Shown here: piece by piece, positions 52,017-61,972 of the stretch
Layout: each line of letters opens with the position of its first letter
Position numbering within the stretch: position 1 is the first letter of the stretch
NCBI GenBank assembly: GCA_951812955.1
Contig: OX638340.1
Coordinates: 1,824,001-1,888,000 of the forward strand
DNA from: an uncultured Gemmatimonadota bacterium
GTDB lineage: Bacteria > JAAXHH01
Reading direction: 5' to 3'
Length of the DNA stretch: 64,000 nt
Program-made: the position numbers and the translations under genes
Notes under the pieces: model-generated
What the model saw: only the letters and a program-made list of their open reading frames with translations
Told to the model about the DNA's origin: nothing
Database searches by the model: none

Positions 52017-54422
52017 ATGCTCCAAAACTACCTCACCATAGCCATTCGCAACCTGCTCAGGTATCCCGCCTACACGCTCATCAACATCGTGGGGCTCGCG
52101 ATCGGCCTGGCGGCCTGCATGCTGATCCTGCGCTACGTCTGGGACGAGATGAGCTACGATCGGTATCATCCACACGCAGATCGGGTTTACCGGGTAGTCG
52201 ATGACATAGAAAGCGCGGGGCAGACAGTCCAGACGGCGGGATCTCCTTTGGGGTGGGGGCCCGCTCTGAAGCGTGATTTTCCCGAAATCGAGCTTTTCGC
52301 CCGGGTGCGGGGCACGACATCCGTCTGGTTTATCATGCATGAAGAGAAACGTTACTATGAGAAAAAGGTCATCTGGGCGGATGCGGCTCTGCTCGACATG
52401 TTTTCCATCCCCTTTGTCGCCGGCAATCCCCGTACCGCGCTGACCGAACCGTATTCGATCGTGATCTCGGAGGATATGGCCTTCAAGTATTTCGGTGGCG
52501 AGGACCCCATGGGGAAAGTCCTCAGGGGGGACAATGTCTGGGATTTCACGGTGACCGGCGTCATGCGCAACATACCGGCCAATTCCCATCTGCGTCCTGA
52601 TATGATCATGTCCCTTGTGACACGGAATGCCATTTTTGCAAATGACCTCGATGAATGGGAGATGCACGAGAATCGTTATACTTACATCAGGCTGCATGAA
52701 AACGCCTCTCCGGATGCCCTGGAAGCTCAGCTGCCCGCCTTCGTGGAACGAAATAAAACCGGGCGGTTCCGTGATTCGAGCAAAGTGTTGAGACCGTCTC
52801 TGCAGCCCCTGGTGGACATTCACCTCCATTCGCACAGGGACAGCGAGCTCGAGCCCAACGGAGACATCCGCTACGTAACGCTCTTCATGATTATCGCCTT
52901 CCTGATTCCTATCATCGCCTGCATCAACTTCGTGAACCTGGCCACGGCACGATCGGCCATGCGCGCCAGGGAGGTGGGCGTACGCAAGGTTATGGGGGCC
53001 AATCGCCCGCAGCTACTGGGGCAGTTCCTGGGCGAAGCCGTCGTCATGGCGGGACTTGCCATGATCGTCGCGGTCGCGCTTGTACATCTAGCCCTGCCCG
53101 GCGTAAACGTGCTGGCCGGCAAGCAACTGGATTTTGCTCTTTCGGACGGCTGGGTGTTGGGAGCGCTGATCGCTGGAACCATCGTTATCGCAATGGCTGC
53201 CGGTAGCTATCCCGCAACCTACCTATCTGGTTTCCTGCCCACCGATGTACTGAAAGGGAATCTGAAGTCAGGAACGCAAGGCATGGGATTGCGGCGGACC
53301 CTGGTGGTGATCCAGTTCGTCATGTCCATCTTTCTGCTGGTCAGCACCGCCGTCATCTACGACCAGCTCGAGTACATCCAGGACATGAGGCTCGGTTTCA
53401 ATAAAGAGCATGTAATGGTGATCCCGATTACCGGCCAGGCTCAGCGCGAAAACACCCCGGTGCTGAGACAACGCGTCGCGCAGTTGCCCGGCGTGGTAGG
53501 GATAGCGACGACCGATGGCGTCCCGGGCGAACTCTCACCGCGGATTATGGCCGTCCGTTCCGATGAGATGAGCCCCGAGGACAACCTGATTGTGTCTGTG
53601 TTCTCCTCAGATGATCAGTTCCTGGAGGTCATGGAAATCGGCCTGGTGGCAGGCCGGAACTTTCAGGCCGAGTGGGGCAGGGATACAACCATGGTAGTCC
53701 TGCTGAACGAGACCGCTGCCCGTAAGCTGGGTTGGGATGCGCCGCCCGACGCAATAGGTATGCTTGTGGAATGGATCGAGTACCGCGGTACGAAGGGACG
53801 CGTCCGGGGTGTTGTGGAGGATTTTCATCTGCAATCGATTCATGAGGAAATCGAACCGATCGTATACATACACTATCCCATCGACTTCAGCGACATACTC
53901 ATCCGAATCAGGCCGGAAAACGTACCGGATACCATCACACGGATCCAGGAAGTGTGGCGGGAAGTCGAACCCCTGTATCCTCTGGCATATACGTTTCTCG
54001 ACGAAGATTTCGACAGCCTCTACCGTGCCGAACGCCAACTGGGTACGGTATTCGCGGTCTTCGCCTTTCTCGCGATCTTCGTGGCGTGCCTGGGCCTGCT
54101 TGGACTGGCTTCCTTCTCCATCCAGCAGCGGACCAGGGAGATTGGAATCCGCAAGGTACTCGGCGCTACCGTTTCGGACATCGTCCTGCTGCTCTCAAAG
54201 GATTTCATGAAGTATGTACTACTGGCCAATGTGATCGCCTGGCCCCTGGCATACCTTGCCATGGCACAATGGCTGCAGAACTATGCCTATGCGGCGGAAA
54301 TCAACTTTGCGTGGTTTATCGCGGGAGGCCTCGTTGCGGTCGCCATCGCCTGGCTTACGATCGGGGCGCACGCGCTGGCCGCCGCGGGCAGAAACCCGGT
54401 TAACGCACTAAGGCAGGGGTGA
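52017..54422 (+). CDS. ABC transporter permease, FtsX/MacB-like (paralog 4)
   Basis: MLQNYLTIAIRNLLRYPAYTLINIVGLAIGLAACMLILRYVWDEMSYDRYH; 801 aa, C-terminal ...GRNPVNALRQG. Confidence 0.9.
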   Translation: MLQNYLTIAIRNLLRYPAYTLINIVGLAIGLAACMLILRYVWDEMSYDRYHPHADRVYRVVDDIESAGQTVQTAGSPLGWGPALKRDFPEIELFARVRGTTSVWFIMHEEKRYYEKKVIWADAALLDMFSIPFVAGNPRTALTEPYSIVISEDMAFKYFGGEDPMGKVLRGDNVWDFTVTGVMRNIPANSHLRPDMIMSLVTRNAIFANDLDEWEMHENRYTYIRLHENASPDALEAQLPAFVERNKTGRFRDSSKVLRPSLQPLVDIHLHSHRDSELEPNGDIRYVTLFMIIAFLIPIIACINFVNLATARSAMRAREVGVRKVMGANRPQLLGQFLGEAVVMAGLAMIVAVALVHLALPGVNVLAGKQLDFALSDGWVLGALIAGTIVIAMAAGSYPATYLSGFLPTDVLKGNLKSGTQGMGLRRTLVVIQFVMSIFLLVSTAVIYDQLEYIQDMRLGFNKEHVMVIPITGQAQRENTPVLRQRVAQLPGVVGIATTDGVPGELSPRIMAVRSDEMSPEDNLIVSVFSSDDQFLEVMEIGLVAGRNFQAEWGRDTTMVVLLNETAARKLGWDAPPDAIGMLVEWIEYRGTKGRVRGVVEDFHLQSIHEEIEPIVYIHYPIDFSDILIRIRPENVPDTITRIQEVWREVEPLYPLAYTFLDEDFDSLYRAERQLGTVFAVFAFLAIFVACLGLLGLASFSIQQRTREIGIRKVLGATVSDIVLLLSKDFMKYVLLANVIAWPLAYLAMAQWLQNYAYAAEINFAWFIAGGLVAVAIAWLTIGAHALAAAGRNPVNALRQG

Positions 54423-54433
54423 TTTCGCGGAAA

Positions 54434-55024
54434 TTACACGACGTTCCGAGACTGGGTATCCGAGGCGTTCCAGCAAGTCTCGATCACATTAAAATCAGGT
54501 CGGGACAGGACAACGTAGGAAGGGAGTCCCAACTGTTTCCACATCGCGAATGGGTCCTGGCGAGTAATGCGGCTCACATACAGGCTCAGAACGGTCCCAT
54601 GGGTAATGAGCGCCAGGTCTTCTTGCGGAAATCGTTCTAACAGTCCGTCGACGGACTTTGAGAATCTTCTGTACGCTGTATCCGCGGTCTCCTCGCCAAA
54701 AACCAGCTCCGCAGGTTGAGCGTAGAAACGGCTGATCGACTGCTCAAAGCACTCCTTCTCCAGGAAACCGACACTCCTACGCTCATGTTCCTGCAATCCC
54801 TCGATGACTTCTACCGGAACATTCAGTCTGTGCGCTGAAATATTGGCTGTTTCTATGGCTTTAGGTTCGTTGCTACTGAATATCATATCCAGATTATACG
54901 GTCCCAGTTTCTCAGCCAAGATCCGGGAGCGGACTTGACCTTCTTCAGACAAACGCCATTCCCTGGAAGGAACCGCAGGATCGATCTCAGGCAACGAATG
55001 CTTCACCAGAACCAGTACCGGCAT
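54434..55024 (-). CDS. Histidine phosphatase (phosphoglycerate-mutase/SixA-like) family protein
   Basis: N-terminal VLVKHSLPE (RHG-like motif) and ~200 aa size. Last gene of the minus-strand cluster. Confidence 0.55.
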   Translation of the reverse strand: MPVLVLVKHSLPEIDPAVPSREWRLSEEGQVRSRILAEKLGPYNLDMIFSSNEPKAIETANISAHRLNVPVEVIEGLQEHERRSVGFLEKECFEQSISRFYAQPAELVFGEETADTAYRRFSKSVDGLLERFPQEDLALITHGTVLSLYVSRITRQDPFAMWKQLGLPSYVVLSRPDFNVIETCWNASDTQSRNVV

Positions 55025-55046
55025 CCTTTCGGTACCTCCTTCTATA

Positions 55047-56165
55047 CTACGGCGTATTCACCGGAAAGTGCTTGATCATTCTGATGATCTTCAACTCTGT
55101 TCCCGACGGCATCTCCGAACTACCATGGTGCAGTTGTCGAAAGCCGTTTTTCTCGTAGAACTCCACGGCTGCAAGCGAAGAATTGAGTACGATACGCTCC
55201 GCGCCTGCGCGCATGGCCTGGCATTCCGCTGTTCTGTAAAGTGCCGAACCGACTCCTTTTTTACTCGCCCTGCCGGAAACGAAAACCGCGGCATTGTACT
55301 CAGTACCCTTTGCCCGATGCACCTCGGAGAATCCCAGTAATCCCGTGGCATCTTCGGCCACATAGATTGTCGCTCCCTGCGCAACGGCACCAAGGTACTT
55401 CTCTCGAGATATCGGAGCGATCCACTCCTCGAGAACCTCCATGGCGTAGTAAGGTCCGCAATGGGATCTTATCGATTCTTCGTGTATGATTGCTAGTTCG
55501 TCAAAGTCGGCCTCAGTCGCGCGGCGGACACAGTAGGAGCGTTTAGCCATTTCGACCATCTGCGTGAGTGCGCGGGGATGCTGGTGGTTTTCGAGCGCTT
55601 TTAAAACCCGTGCGGAAGCGTCCTCCGGTGCTTCGGCGGAAGTATCCACCTCGACGTCATAGACCGCGTACCTGTGCACCTGTTCGTACTGGTTTCTCGC
55701 CAGGCCTATAGTCCGATCTCCCCTCGCGACTTCCCTTCGTTCCAATTCATCGAGCGGACAGAAAACCTTCACAAACAGCACATCGAAAGGGCTGAGAATT
55801 TTCACACGATGACGTAACAGATCCAGGACATCGAACTCTTGCCCTGCCGGCAGATGCTGAGGTGGAGCGATAACATCGTCGACGATCACATTGTTACCGC
55901 TGCGGGCCAAGGCCGCGATGCACTCCGCAAACCCCATCTCGAAGTAACGGATGTCGGGGACCAACCCGCGCTTGATCTGTTTGCGCGAAGGAATCTCGTC
56001 GAACAGGTTGATGGAAAAATAGAGGAACGGTTCCTGCAGCACGTCGAGCAACGCCTCAGCCAGCGTCGTCTTCCCAGCGCTCGACGATCCATTGAGATAA
56101 ATCACACTGCCGCTGCGACTAGGGGTTTTCAAGTGCTCAACGTGGGATTTCATTCTGAAGTCCAT
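55047..56165 (-). CDS. Chloramphenicol-phosphotransferase-like P-loop kinase fused to a C-terminal GNAT acetyltransferase
   Basis: N-terminal half is collinear with the CPT family (IYLNGSSSAGKTTLAEAL, IVDDV, DVLFVKVFCP...ARGDRTIG...YDVEVDTS). C-terminal half has a GNAT core (KGVGSALYR...AVEFYEKNGF). Confidence 0.75.
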   Translation of the reverse strand: MDFRMKSHVEHLKTPSRSGSVIYLNGSSSAGKTTLAEALLDVLQEPFLYFSINLFDEIPSRKQIKRGLVPDIRYFEMGFAECIAALARSGNNVIVDDVIAPPQHLPAGQEFDVLDLLRHRVKILSPFDVLFVKVFCPLDELERREVARGDRTIGLARNQYEQVHRYAVYDVEVDTSAEAPEDASARVLKALENHQHPRALTQMVEMAKRSYCVRRATEADFDELAIIHEESIRSHCGPYYAMEVLEEWIAPISREKYLGAVAQGATIYVAEDATGLLGFSEVHRAKGTEYNAAVFVSGRASKKGVGSALYRTAECQAMRAGAERIVLNSSLAAVEFYEKNGFRQLHHGSSEMPSGTELKIIRMIKHFPVNTP

Positions 56166-56761
56166 TCGCTGGGCCAACTTCCGAGTCGTCGTTCAAAGTA
56201 CAGTTCTAAACCGTCCTCTTCATCAATATGTGAGCCGATTTCCCGAAATCCCATCGACCGAGCCATGCCCAGGGATGGGATGTTACCTGGGTTGATAGAC
56301 AGGACGAAACAACGTTGACCATGTTCTTCATACGCCCATTTCATCAACGCAAGCGCCGCTTCGTTGGCGATGCCCCGTCTGCGGAAGGGTTCTCCAATTT
56401 CGTAGCCGAGTTCTACCCCATCTGCCGCTACATTTCGCAGATCCTCGGGACCGGGCTCGGAGTGGAAGCCGATCCGACCACACATAGTCTGTGACTGTTG
56501 AATGACTATGGCCCGCAACAACCAGGGCTGTACCTCTGGACTGGCATTGAGTTGTCTTAGCCGATTTCGTAAAGTACGGGTGTTGAGAACAAGGTCTATC
56601 GGAATCTTAAAGCCGGCGATCTTCTCTGCCAGCAGTTGATTCCGGGCTATCAACGCTTCCAGCAGTCGCGGGGCCATCGGAACCAATTCCAGCCGACGTG
56701 AGGTAATGATGTGGATTATTGGCTGTTCTCCGTTCGTCACCAGTGTTACAGAGAGGAACAA
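56150..56761 (-). CDS. GNAT family N-acetyltransferase (RimJ/RimL-like)
   Basis: RRRGIANEAALALMKWAYEEHG...FREIG acetyl-CoA-binding pattern; 203 aa. Overlaps the downstream kinase-GNAT gene. Confidence 0.65.
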   Translation of the reverse strand: MFLSVTLVTNGEQPIIHIITSRRLELVPMAPRLLEALIARNQLLAEKIAGFKIPIDLVLNTRTLRNRLRQLNASPEVQPWLLRAIVIQQSQTMCGRIGFHSEPGPEDLRNVAADGVELGYEIGEPFRRRGIANEAALALMKWAYEEHGQRCFVLSINPGNIPSLGMARSMGFREIGSHIDEEDGLELYFERRLGSWPSEWTSE

Positions 56762-56826
56762 TTAGACCGATGCCGTAAGTATAATGGCAGCACGCGTCCG
56801 TTACCAACCATTCCCTGCCGATCCGC

Positions 56827-58245
56827 CTACTCCCTGATTCCACACGCCTCGTCCGTCAGCACGTCGTAGTGATGTATGTACTTGACGCCGTCGATCACGA
56901 GCCGATCGGTTTGTGGTAGATCCTCCTCCCACGTCATTTCGACTCCCTGCAAATGGGGTGGCTTCTCCCGCTTGCCCCAGTGATTGCCGTTGTAGCGCCG
57001 GAACAGCAGCGTGCGGCCAGCGCGGGTGACGTACGCCATGACCAACACCGCTCGTTCGGACGTATCTTCGTCGATATCGAAAACCCGCATGCATTCGAAT
57101 GTCCGATCGCCGATGCACACCGTGTAGAGGCCCTGTGAAAACACCAGCGGCGCATCCGATTTCTTAATGAACGTTCCATCCGGTTGTTCCGTCAGGTAAT
57201 CCCGGTCTTCGACCAGACGGGGCGTCATCCCGAAATCCCATCCAAAGTCCTCGTCCAGGCAGGTCAGAAGTTCCCTGGTTCCATCGGATTTCATGCTCTC
57301 GACGGCCAGCCAATGCACCTCCGTCTCTTCCAGGCGGCCCCAGACCCGGGTATGGCGATCCCTCGTTTCCGGATCATGGTTGAGCGTTAGGAGACCCTCC
57401 CGGTCTGGACGGCGTTGTTCATCCATCTCGATCTCTACGCATGGTCTTCCGTGTATGATGGCGCGCCGCGTTGCAACCATGTCCTTGACCTCGGTTAACT
57501 TCCAGGCCGAACCATCCCGCGTAGGCTCGTAATCCGCCCATCGGACCTGATCACCGATTTCGGGTACGATGAACCACCAGGACAGCTCCCGAAGATCTAT
57601 GGAAAATGGAGTTGCCGTACTTATCTCGATGGATATATCGGGCCGGTAATTGGGAAAGGGTACAGTCGTAGCTTTTGTGTCGTCGCTCATGGCCATGCTC
57701 CTTCTATTGGTGGTTACACCCAGTTCGATTCGAACCATGTCCCGTCCGTGAGACAGCCGCCGCTCGATGGTTCCCGGTGGGCAGCGATGACGGGCCGCAA
57801 TTTCCGCTATGCTCAATCCATCCAGGTAGAACGACCTCAGGGCCGCTTGTTCCTTATCGGGCACGTGATCGAAGGCTTCGACCACATCCTTCGCTGCCCG
57901 CCGTTGACGGGCCGTCGGCACACCGAATCGATTAATCATCGTTGCCAGTTCCTCGGAATCGACGAAGCGCTCTCGCCGTTGTGTAGAGCGCATGAAGTCG
58001 ACGCAGCGGTTGCGCGCAACCTGGTACAGCCAGGCGCGCACGTTTCTCGGTGATCGAACACGCAACCCCAACCAGGCATGAACGAGCGTCTCCTGTAGCA
58101 CGTCCTCTACCGCCTCCACCGACCCGATACGATCCCGGATCAATGCGGCCAGAGATCGCTCGTAGCGCCGGATCAGGGCCACGAAGGCCCGTTCGTCGCC
58201 GGTCCGGATCTGTTGAACAAGTACCTGGTCACTGAGGAACCCCAT
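56827..58245 (-). CDS. ECF (sigma-70 family) sigma factor fused to a ~280-aa C-terminal domain of unknown function
   Basis: N-terminal sigma region 2 (FVALIRRYERSLAALIRDRIGSVEAVEDVLQETLVHAW) and region 4 (LSIAEIAARHRCPPGTIERRLSHGRDMV), then a long soluble extension with no TM helix. Confidence 0.75.
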   Translation of the reverse strand: MGFLSDQVLVQQIRTGDERAFVALIRRYERSLAALIRDRIGSVEAVEDVLQETLVHAWLGLRVRSPRNVRAWLYQVARNRCVDFMRSTQRRERFVDSEELATMINRFGVPTARQRRAAKDVVEAFDHVPDKEQAALRSFYLDGLSIAEIAARHRCPPGTIERRLSHGRDMVRIELGVTTNRRSMAMSDDTKATTVPFPNYRPDISIEISTATPFSIDLRELSWWFIVPEIGDQVRWADYEPTRDGSAWKLTEVKDMVATRRAIIHGRPCVEIEMDEQRRPDREGLLTLNHDPETRDRHTRVWGRLEETEVHWLAVESMKSDGTRELLTCLDEDFGWDFGMTPRLVEDRDYLTEQPDGTFIKKSDAPLVFSQGLYTVCIGDRTFECMRVFDIDEDTSERAVLVMAYVTRAGRTLLFRRYNGNHWGKREKPPHLQGVEMTWEEDLPQTDRLVIDGVKYIHHYDVLTDEACGIRE

Positions 58246-58425
58246 TAGATCGTTCTCCCTTCATCTAACAGGGCGATGTTGGCGGGGGAAAGGTTCACGG
58301 AGTTTGGAAAAGGTGACTACGTGGAGTATTGGAATGAAGCCATGAGGTACGGTCAGTTTGGCTTCTTCTGACTGAGGTGGAATAGGCTTCGTATCAGCTT
58401 ACCCCAGGATGAAAGACCAGCGAAC

Positions 58426-58785
58426 TCACCCAGATCCTGCTACAGGCCAATCAGCACCAGCCCCTGGTCCGATAACATGCCAATGCATGTGTGGCGTAAC
58501 TCCTGGCGCCGCCGCATTGGCACGCACATAGAATCCCCTGCCATCCAGCAGACCGGTGGACTTTGCAGTCTGCTGGACAGCACGCACCATGGAAGAGAGC
58601 AGATCCCCATCCAGGGCGGCCTCATCCATAAGCCCAGCAACGTGGGTTTTAGGTACCACTACCACATGGACCTGGGCTACGGGTCGCGGGTGGCGGAACG
58701 CCAATACCAGATTGTCCTCATAAATCCGTTTCACGTCGAGCTTTCCTGAGAATACATCCTCGCAATACCAATCTCGTCGCGCCAT
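58426..58785 (-). CDS. HIT family protein (second copy)
   Basis: GVTPHMHWHVIGP histidine-triad motif; 119 aa. Confidence 0.75.
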   Translation of the reverse strand: MARRDWYCEDVFSGKLDVKRIYEDNLVLAFRHPRPVAQVHVVVVPKTHVAGLMDEAALDGDLLSSMVRAVQQTAKSTGLLDGRGFYVRANAAAPGVTPHMHWHVIGPGAGADWPVAGSG

Positions 58786-58947
58786 ATACTTCCCACTTTC
58801 CCGAACCTAAGGTGCAGACACTTGGATCGCCTTAATCATAATCATTAGATGTAACACTGATTAGATGTTAATTTACATTAAAACCAGGAATCCCGTTTAA
58901 GGTTTTATATAGCAATATTCCAGACTAGCCATATTGGATTCAACACC

Positions 58948-59427
58948 ATGCGGAACAAACAGGAATTGATTCGAATCGAACCCCTTGAGACGAAACATCA
59001 TTGCGGGATCCTCGAAATCGTAGAGCGTCTCCCCGAGTGGTTTGACGAAACCGCACGAACAAAGTCTGTCCCCACCGACTTGCGGCATCAGCTCGGTTAT
59101 GTAGCCGTCTCAAATCATAGGGTGGTCGGATTTGTCACCCTATACGTTACAGAGGGTCGGTTGCATATCGGCTGGCTTGGGGTCGAAAAGGAGTTACAGC
59201 GGCAGGGACTGGGCAGTCGGCTTTTGGGAGCGGCGGAATCGAAAGCTCTACAGATGGATATAGACCAACTCGCAACATATACGCTGGGTGACAGCGTCAC
59301 GTACCAACCCTACGAGGTGACGCGGAATTTCTACTGGAAGCACGGATTCAAGGTCTACAAGCGATCCAGGACAGACAACCCCGGATGCCCTGAAGAAATC
59401 TGGATCTCGAAGCAGGTCAAACCATGA
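58948..59427 (+). CDS. GNAT family N-acetyltransferase
   Basis: LGVEKELQRQGLGSRLLGAAE (motif A Q/RxxGxG/A); 159 aa. Confidence 0.7.
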   Translation: MRNKQELIRIEPLETKHHCGILEIVERLPEWFDETARTKSVPTDLRHQLGYVAVSNHRVVGFVTLYVTEGRLHIGWLGVEKELQRQGLGSRLLGAAESKALQMDIDQLATYTLGDSVTYQPYEVTRNFYWKHGFKVYKRSRTDNPGCPEEIWISKQVKP

Positions 59428-59539
59428 AATGCATCCACCAAAGCGTTCATTGGTAGAAACGAAAAGACGAAACTCGGCATTTCGGAAGCCTGCGTCTCGC
59501 GAAGAATGTAATTGAACAGGTGTTTTCCCGGAGTTCAGC

Positions 59540-60346
59540 GTGGACCGTGACGTAATCCAATACTACGAAGAGCTTGAGAACGAATCCGATCGCCTGGATA
59601 GGGGTACCGCCCGGTTGGAAAGCGAAAAGACCAGGGAGATCCTTCGGGAATACCTCCCCGCACCGCCGGGTCGCATCCTCGACGTGGGCGGCGGTCCGGG
59701 CGCTTACGCCTTCTGGCTGGCAGAGCAGTCCTATGAAGTCCATTTGGTGGACATTGTCCCGCTCCACATCGAGCAGGCAAAGGAACGCGATAAAGACGGA
59801 ATCTTGAAAAGCGCGGAAATCGGCGATGCCAGAAACCTGGACTTCGAGACTGATTCCATGGACGCGGTCCTTCTATTGGGACCGCTGTACCACCTTCCCG
59901 AGCGGCCGGACAGGCTCGCGGCGCTTGAGGAATCCCTTCGCGTGCTGAAACCGGAGGGAGTCCTTTTCTGTGTAGCCATTTCCAGGTTCGCTTCGCTCCT
60001 GGACGGTATGAGAAAGGGATACCTGTTCGATCCGGTGTTTTCCAGGATAGTCCTGAAAGACCTGGTCGAAGGGCGCCACGAAAACCCGGACATGGATCCA
60101 CGCTACTTCACCACGGCCTGCTTCCATCGGCCTGAAGAACTCGAAGAAGAGATCACGGACGCGGGGTTCGAACTGTTAAAGACGTCAGGCCTGGAAGGGC
60201 CGGCGTGGCTTCTCGGCGATTTCGACGACCTGTGGGCAGACGAGACCAAGCGCAAGGAATTGCTCACTTTCCTGAAGCTGGTCGAGACGGAAACCTCGCT
60301 CATCGGCGTGAGCGCGCACATCCTTTCAGTAGCGAAAGCGCCTTGA
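59540..60346 (+). CDS. Class I SAM-dependent methyltransferase, GTG start
   Basis: ILDVGGGPGAYAFWLAE (motif I), acidic residue after beta-2 (HLVDI) and LKPEGVLF (motif III-like). Confidence 0.75.
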   Translation: MDRDVIQYYEELENESDRLDRGTARLESEKTREILREYLPAPPGRILDVGGGPGAYAFWLAEQSYEVHLVDIVPLHIEQAKERDKDGILKSAEIGDARNLDFETDSMDAVLLLGPLYHLPERPDRLAALEESLRVLKPEGVLFCVAISRFASLLDGMRKGYLFDPVFSRIVLKDLVEGRHENPDMDPRYFTTACFHRPEELEEEITDAGFELLKTSGLEGPAWLLGDFDDLWADETKRKELLTFLKLVETETSLIGVSAHILSVAKAP

Positions 60347-60415
60347 ATGTGCTGGCATCCCGTGAAGTGTTCTAAACTACCTTAACGTGCCGTCCGTTTC
60401 TTAGAGACCAAAACC

Positions 60416-61108
60416 TTGTCCATCTCAGCAATCTCATTCGATGGCGACATGACACTTTGGGACTTTCAGAAGGTCATGCGCCATTCATTAAAAAAAGCTC
60501 TGGCAGCACTTCGCGGGCTGGTTCCGACCCAACGCGCTGTGGACCTTTCCGTGGAGGAAATGATTGCGATTCGCGGTGAGGTCGAAGAAGAAGTGAAGGG
60601 CAGGATCTGGAACCACGAGGAAATCAGGCGGCTCTCCTTCGAGCGGACACTCGAAATCATCGGCCGCCCGGATCGTGAAATCGCTGCCTATCTCAATAAG
60701 GTATACCTGAAACACCGTTTCGAAGACATCGAATTGTATCCCGACGTCATCCCTACTTTCGATGAACTGGCACCTCATTACAAGCTGGGTCTGCTGTCAA
60801 ACGGAAACAGTTATCCGGAACGCTGTGGGTTGGAGGCACGTTTTGCCTTTGTCATCTTCTCGCAGGATGTACAAATTAGGAAACCAGACCGGAGAATCTT
60901 CGAGATAACCGCGCAGAAAGCGGGCTGCCCATTGGAGGAGCTGTTGCACGTAGGGGATTCTCTGAAAAACGACGTCGCTGGGGCGAATGCAGCAGGCGCA
61001 CGATCGGTCTGGTTGAATCGCGACAGTCAGGCAAGTCACTCTGGGTTCGCGGCGGAATTTGAAATCGCTACATTGGCCGACCTTCCAGCAGTTCTGGAAA
61101 ATGACTGA
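60416..61108 (+). CDS. HAD superfamily hydrolase
   Basis: FDGDMTLWD (DxDxT motif I) near the N-terminus, LLSNG (motif II-like) and GDSLKNDVAGANAAG (motif IV). TTG start. Confidence 0.7.
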   Translation: MSISAISFDGDMTLWDFQKVMRHSLKKALAALRGLVPTQRAVDLSVEEMIAIRGEVEEEVKGRIWNHEEIRRLSFERTLEIIGRPDREIAAYLNKVYLKHRFEDIELYPDVIPTFDELAPHYKLGLLSNGNSYPERCGLEARFAFVIFSQDVQIRKPDRRIFEITAQKAGCPLEELLHVGDSLKNDVAGANAAGARSVWLNRDSQASHSGFAAEFEIATLADLPAVLEND

Positions 61109-61180
61109 TTTGGGGCAGATTGTTCAAATCACGCTTGGAAGTACAGATATGCACAATTGGGTATCGGAAAGGAGCTTCAT

Positions 61181-61972
61181 ATGATCATCCACAAACTGGT
61201 CGCAGCCACTTGCATGATCGGTCTGGGAATGTACGGCTGTTCCTCTTCAGAGATTCCTGAGGACCCGCCGGTCCAGACCGAGCAGGTCGCATGGGGATAC
61301 GGTGACGAGAACGGACCGGACGTCTGGGGCCAGTTAAGCCCGGATTTCGCCTTATGTGCCGAGGGATCGCTGCAATCTCCGATCGACCTTGCGAATGCCA
61401 CGTCGTCGGAACTTCCCGAAATCGTCTTCAACTATAGTCCGTCGGCGGTGAATATCCACCATAACGGCCACACGATTGAAGTGGCGCCCACCGGGGAAAA
61501 CTCGATTGAGATCGATGGTGTACGTTACGCGCTTCTGCAGTTCCATTTCCACGCTCCGAGCGAGCACTCGGTGGACGGCCGGTTATTCGACATGGAAATG
61601 CACCTCGTGCACCGGAACGAAGAAGGCACCCTGGCAGTTATCGGAGTTCTGATCGAGCAGGGCGCCGACAATGCGACGTTCGGTCCCCTGTGGACGAATA
61701 TGCCGGACACGCCCGGCGTAACGAACAGCGTAGAGAACGCCACCGTTGATGCCGGCGACTTGCTGCCGGGCGACAGGCAGACCTATCGCTATGACGGCTC
61801 GTTGACTACACCGCCGTGTTCAGAAGGTGTCAAATGGAACGTGCTGACAACGCCCATTGAACTGTCCGAACCGCAGATCGCCGCTTTCAAAGCAGTTGTC
61901 CATGACAACAATCGGCCGGTACAGCCGCTGAATGAGCGTGAACTGCTTTCGGATGGTGCTGGAGAAGGCTAG
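61181..61972 (+). CDS. Alpha-class carbonic anhydrase, probable lipoprotein
   Basis: QSPIDL, HFHAPSEH...HLVH zinc ligands and SLTTPPCSEGVKW are diagnostic alpha-CA motifs. N-terminal LGMYGCSSS lipobox. AAGGAG SD. Confidence 0.9.
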   Translation: MIIHKLVAATCMIGLGMYGCSSSEIPEDPPVQTEQVAWGYGDENGPDVWGQLSPDFALCAEGSLQSPIDLANATSSELPEIVFNYSPSAVNIHHNGHTIEVAPTGENSIEIDGVRYALLQFHFHAPSEHSVDGRLFDMEMHLVHRNEEGTLAVIGVLIEQGADNATFGPLWTNMPDTPGVTNSVENATVDAGDLLPGDRQTYRYDGSLTTPPCSEGVKWNVLTTPIELSEPQIAAFKAVVHDNNRPVQPLNERELLSDGAGEG

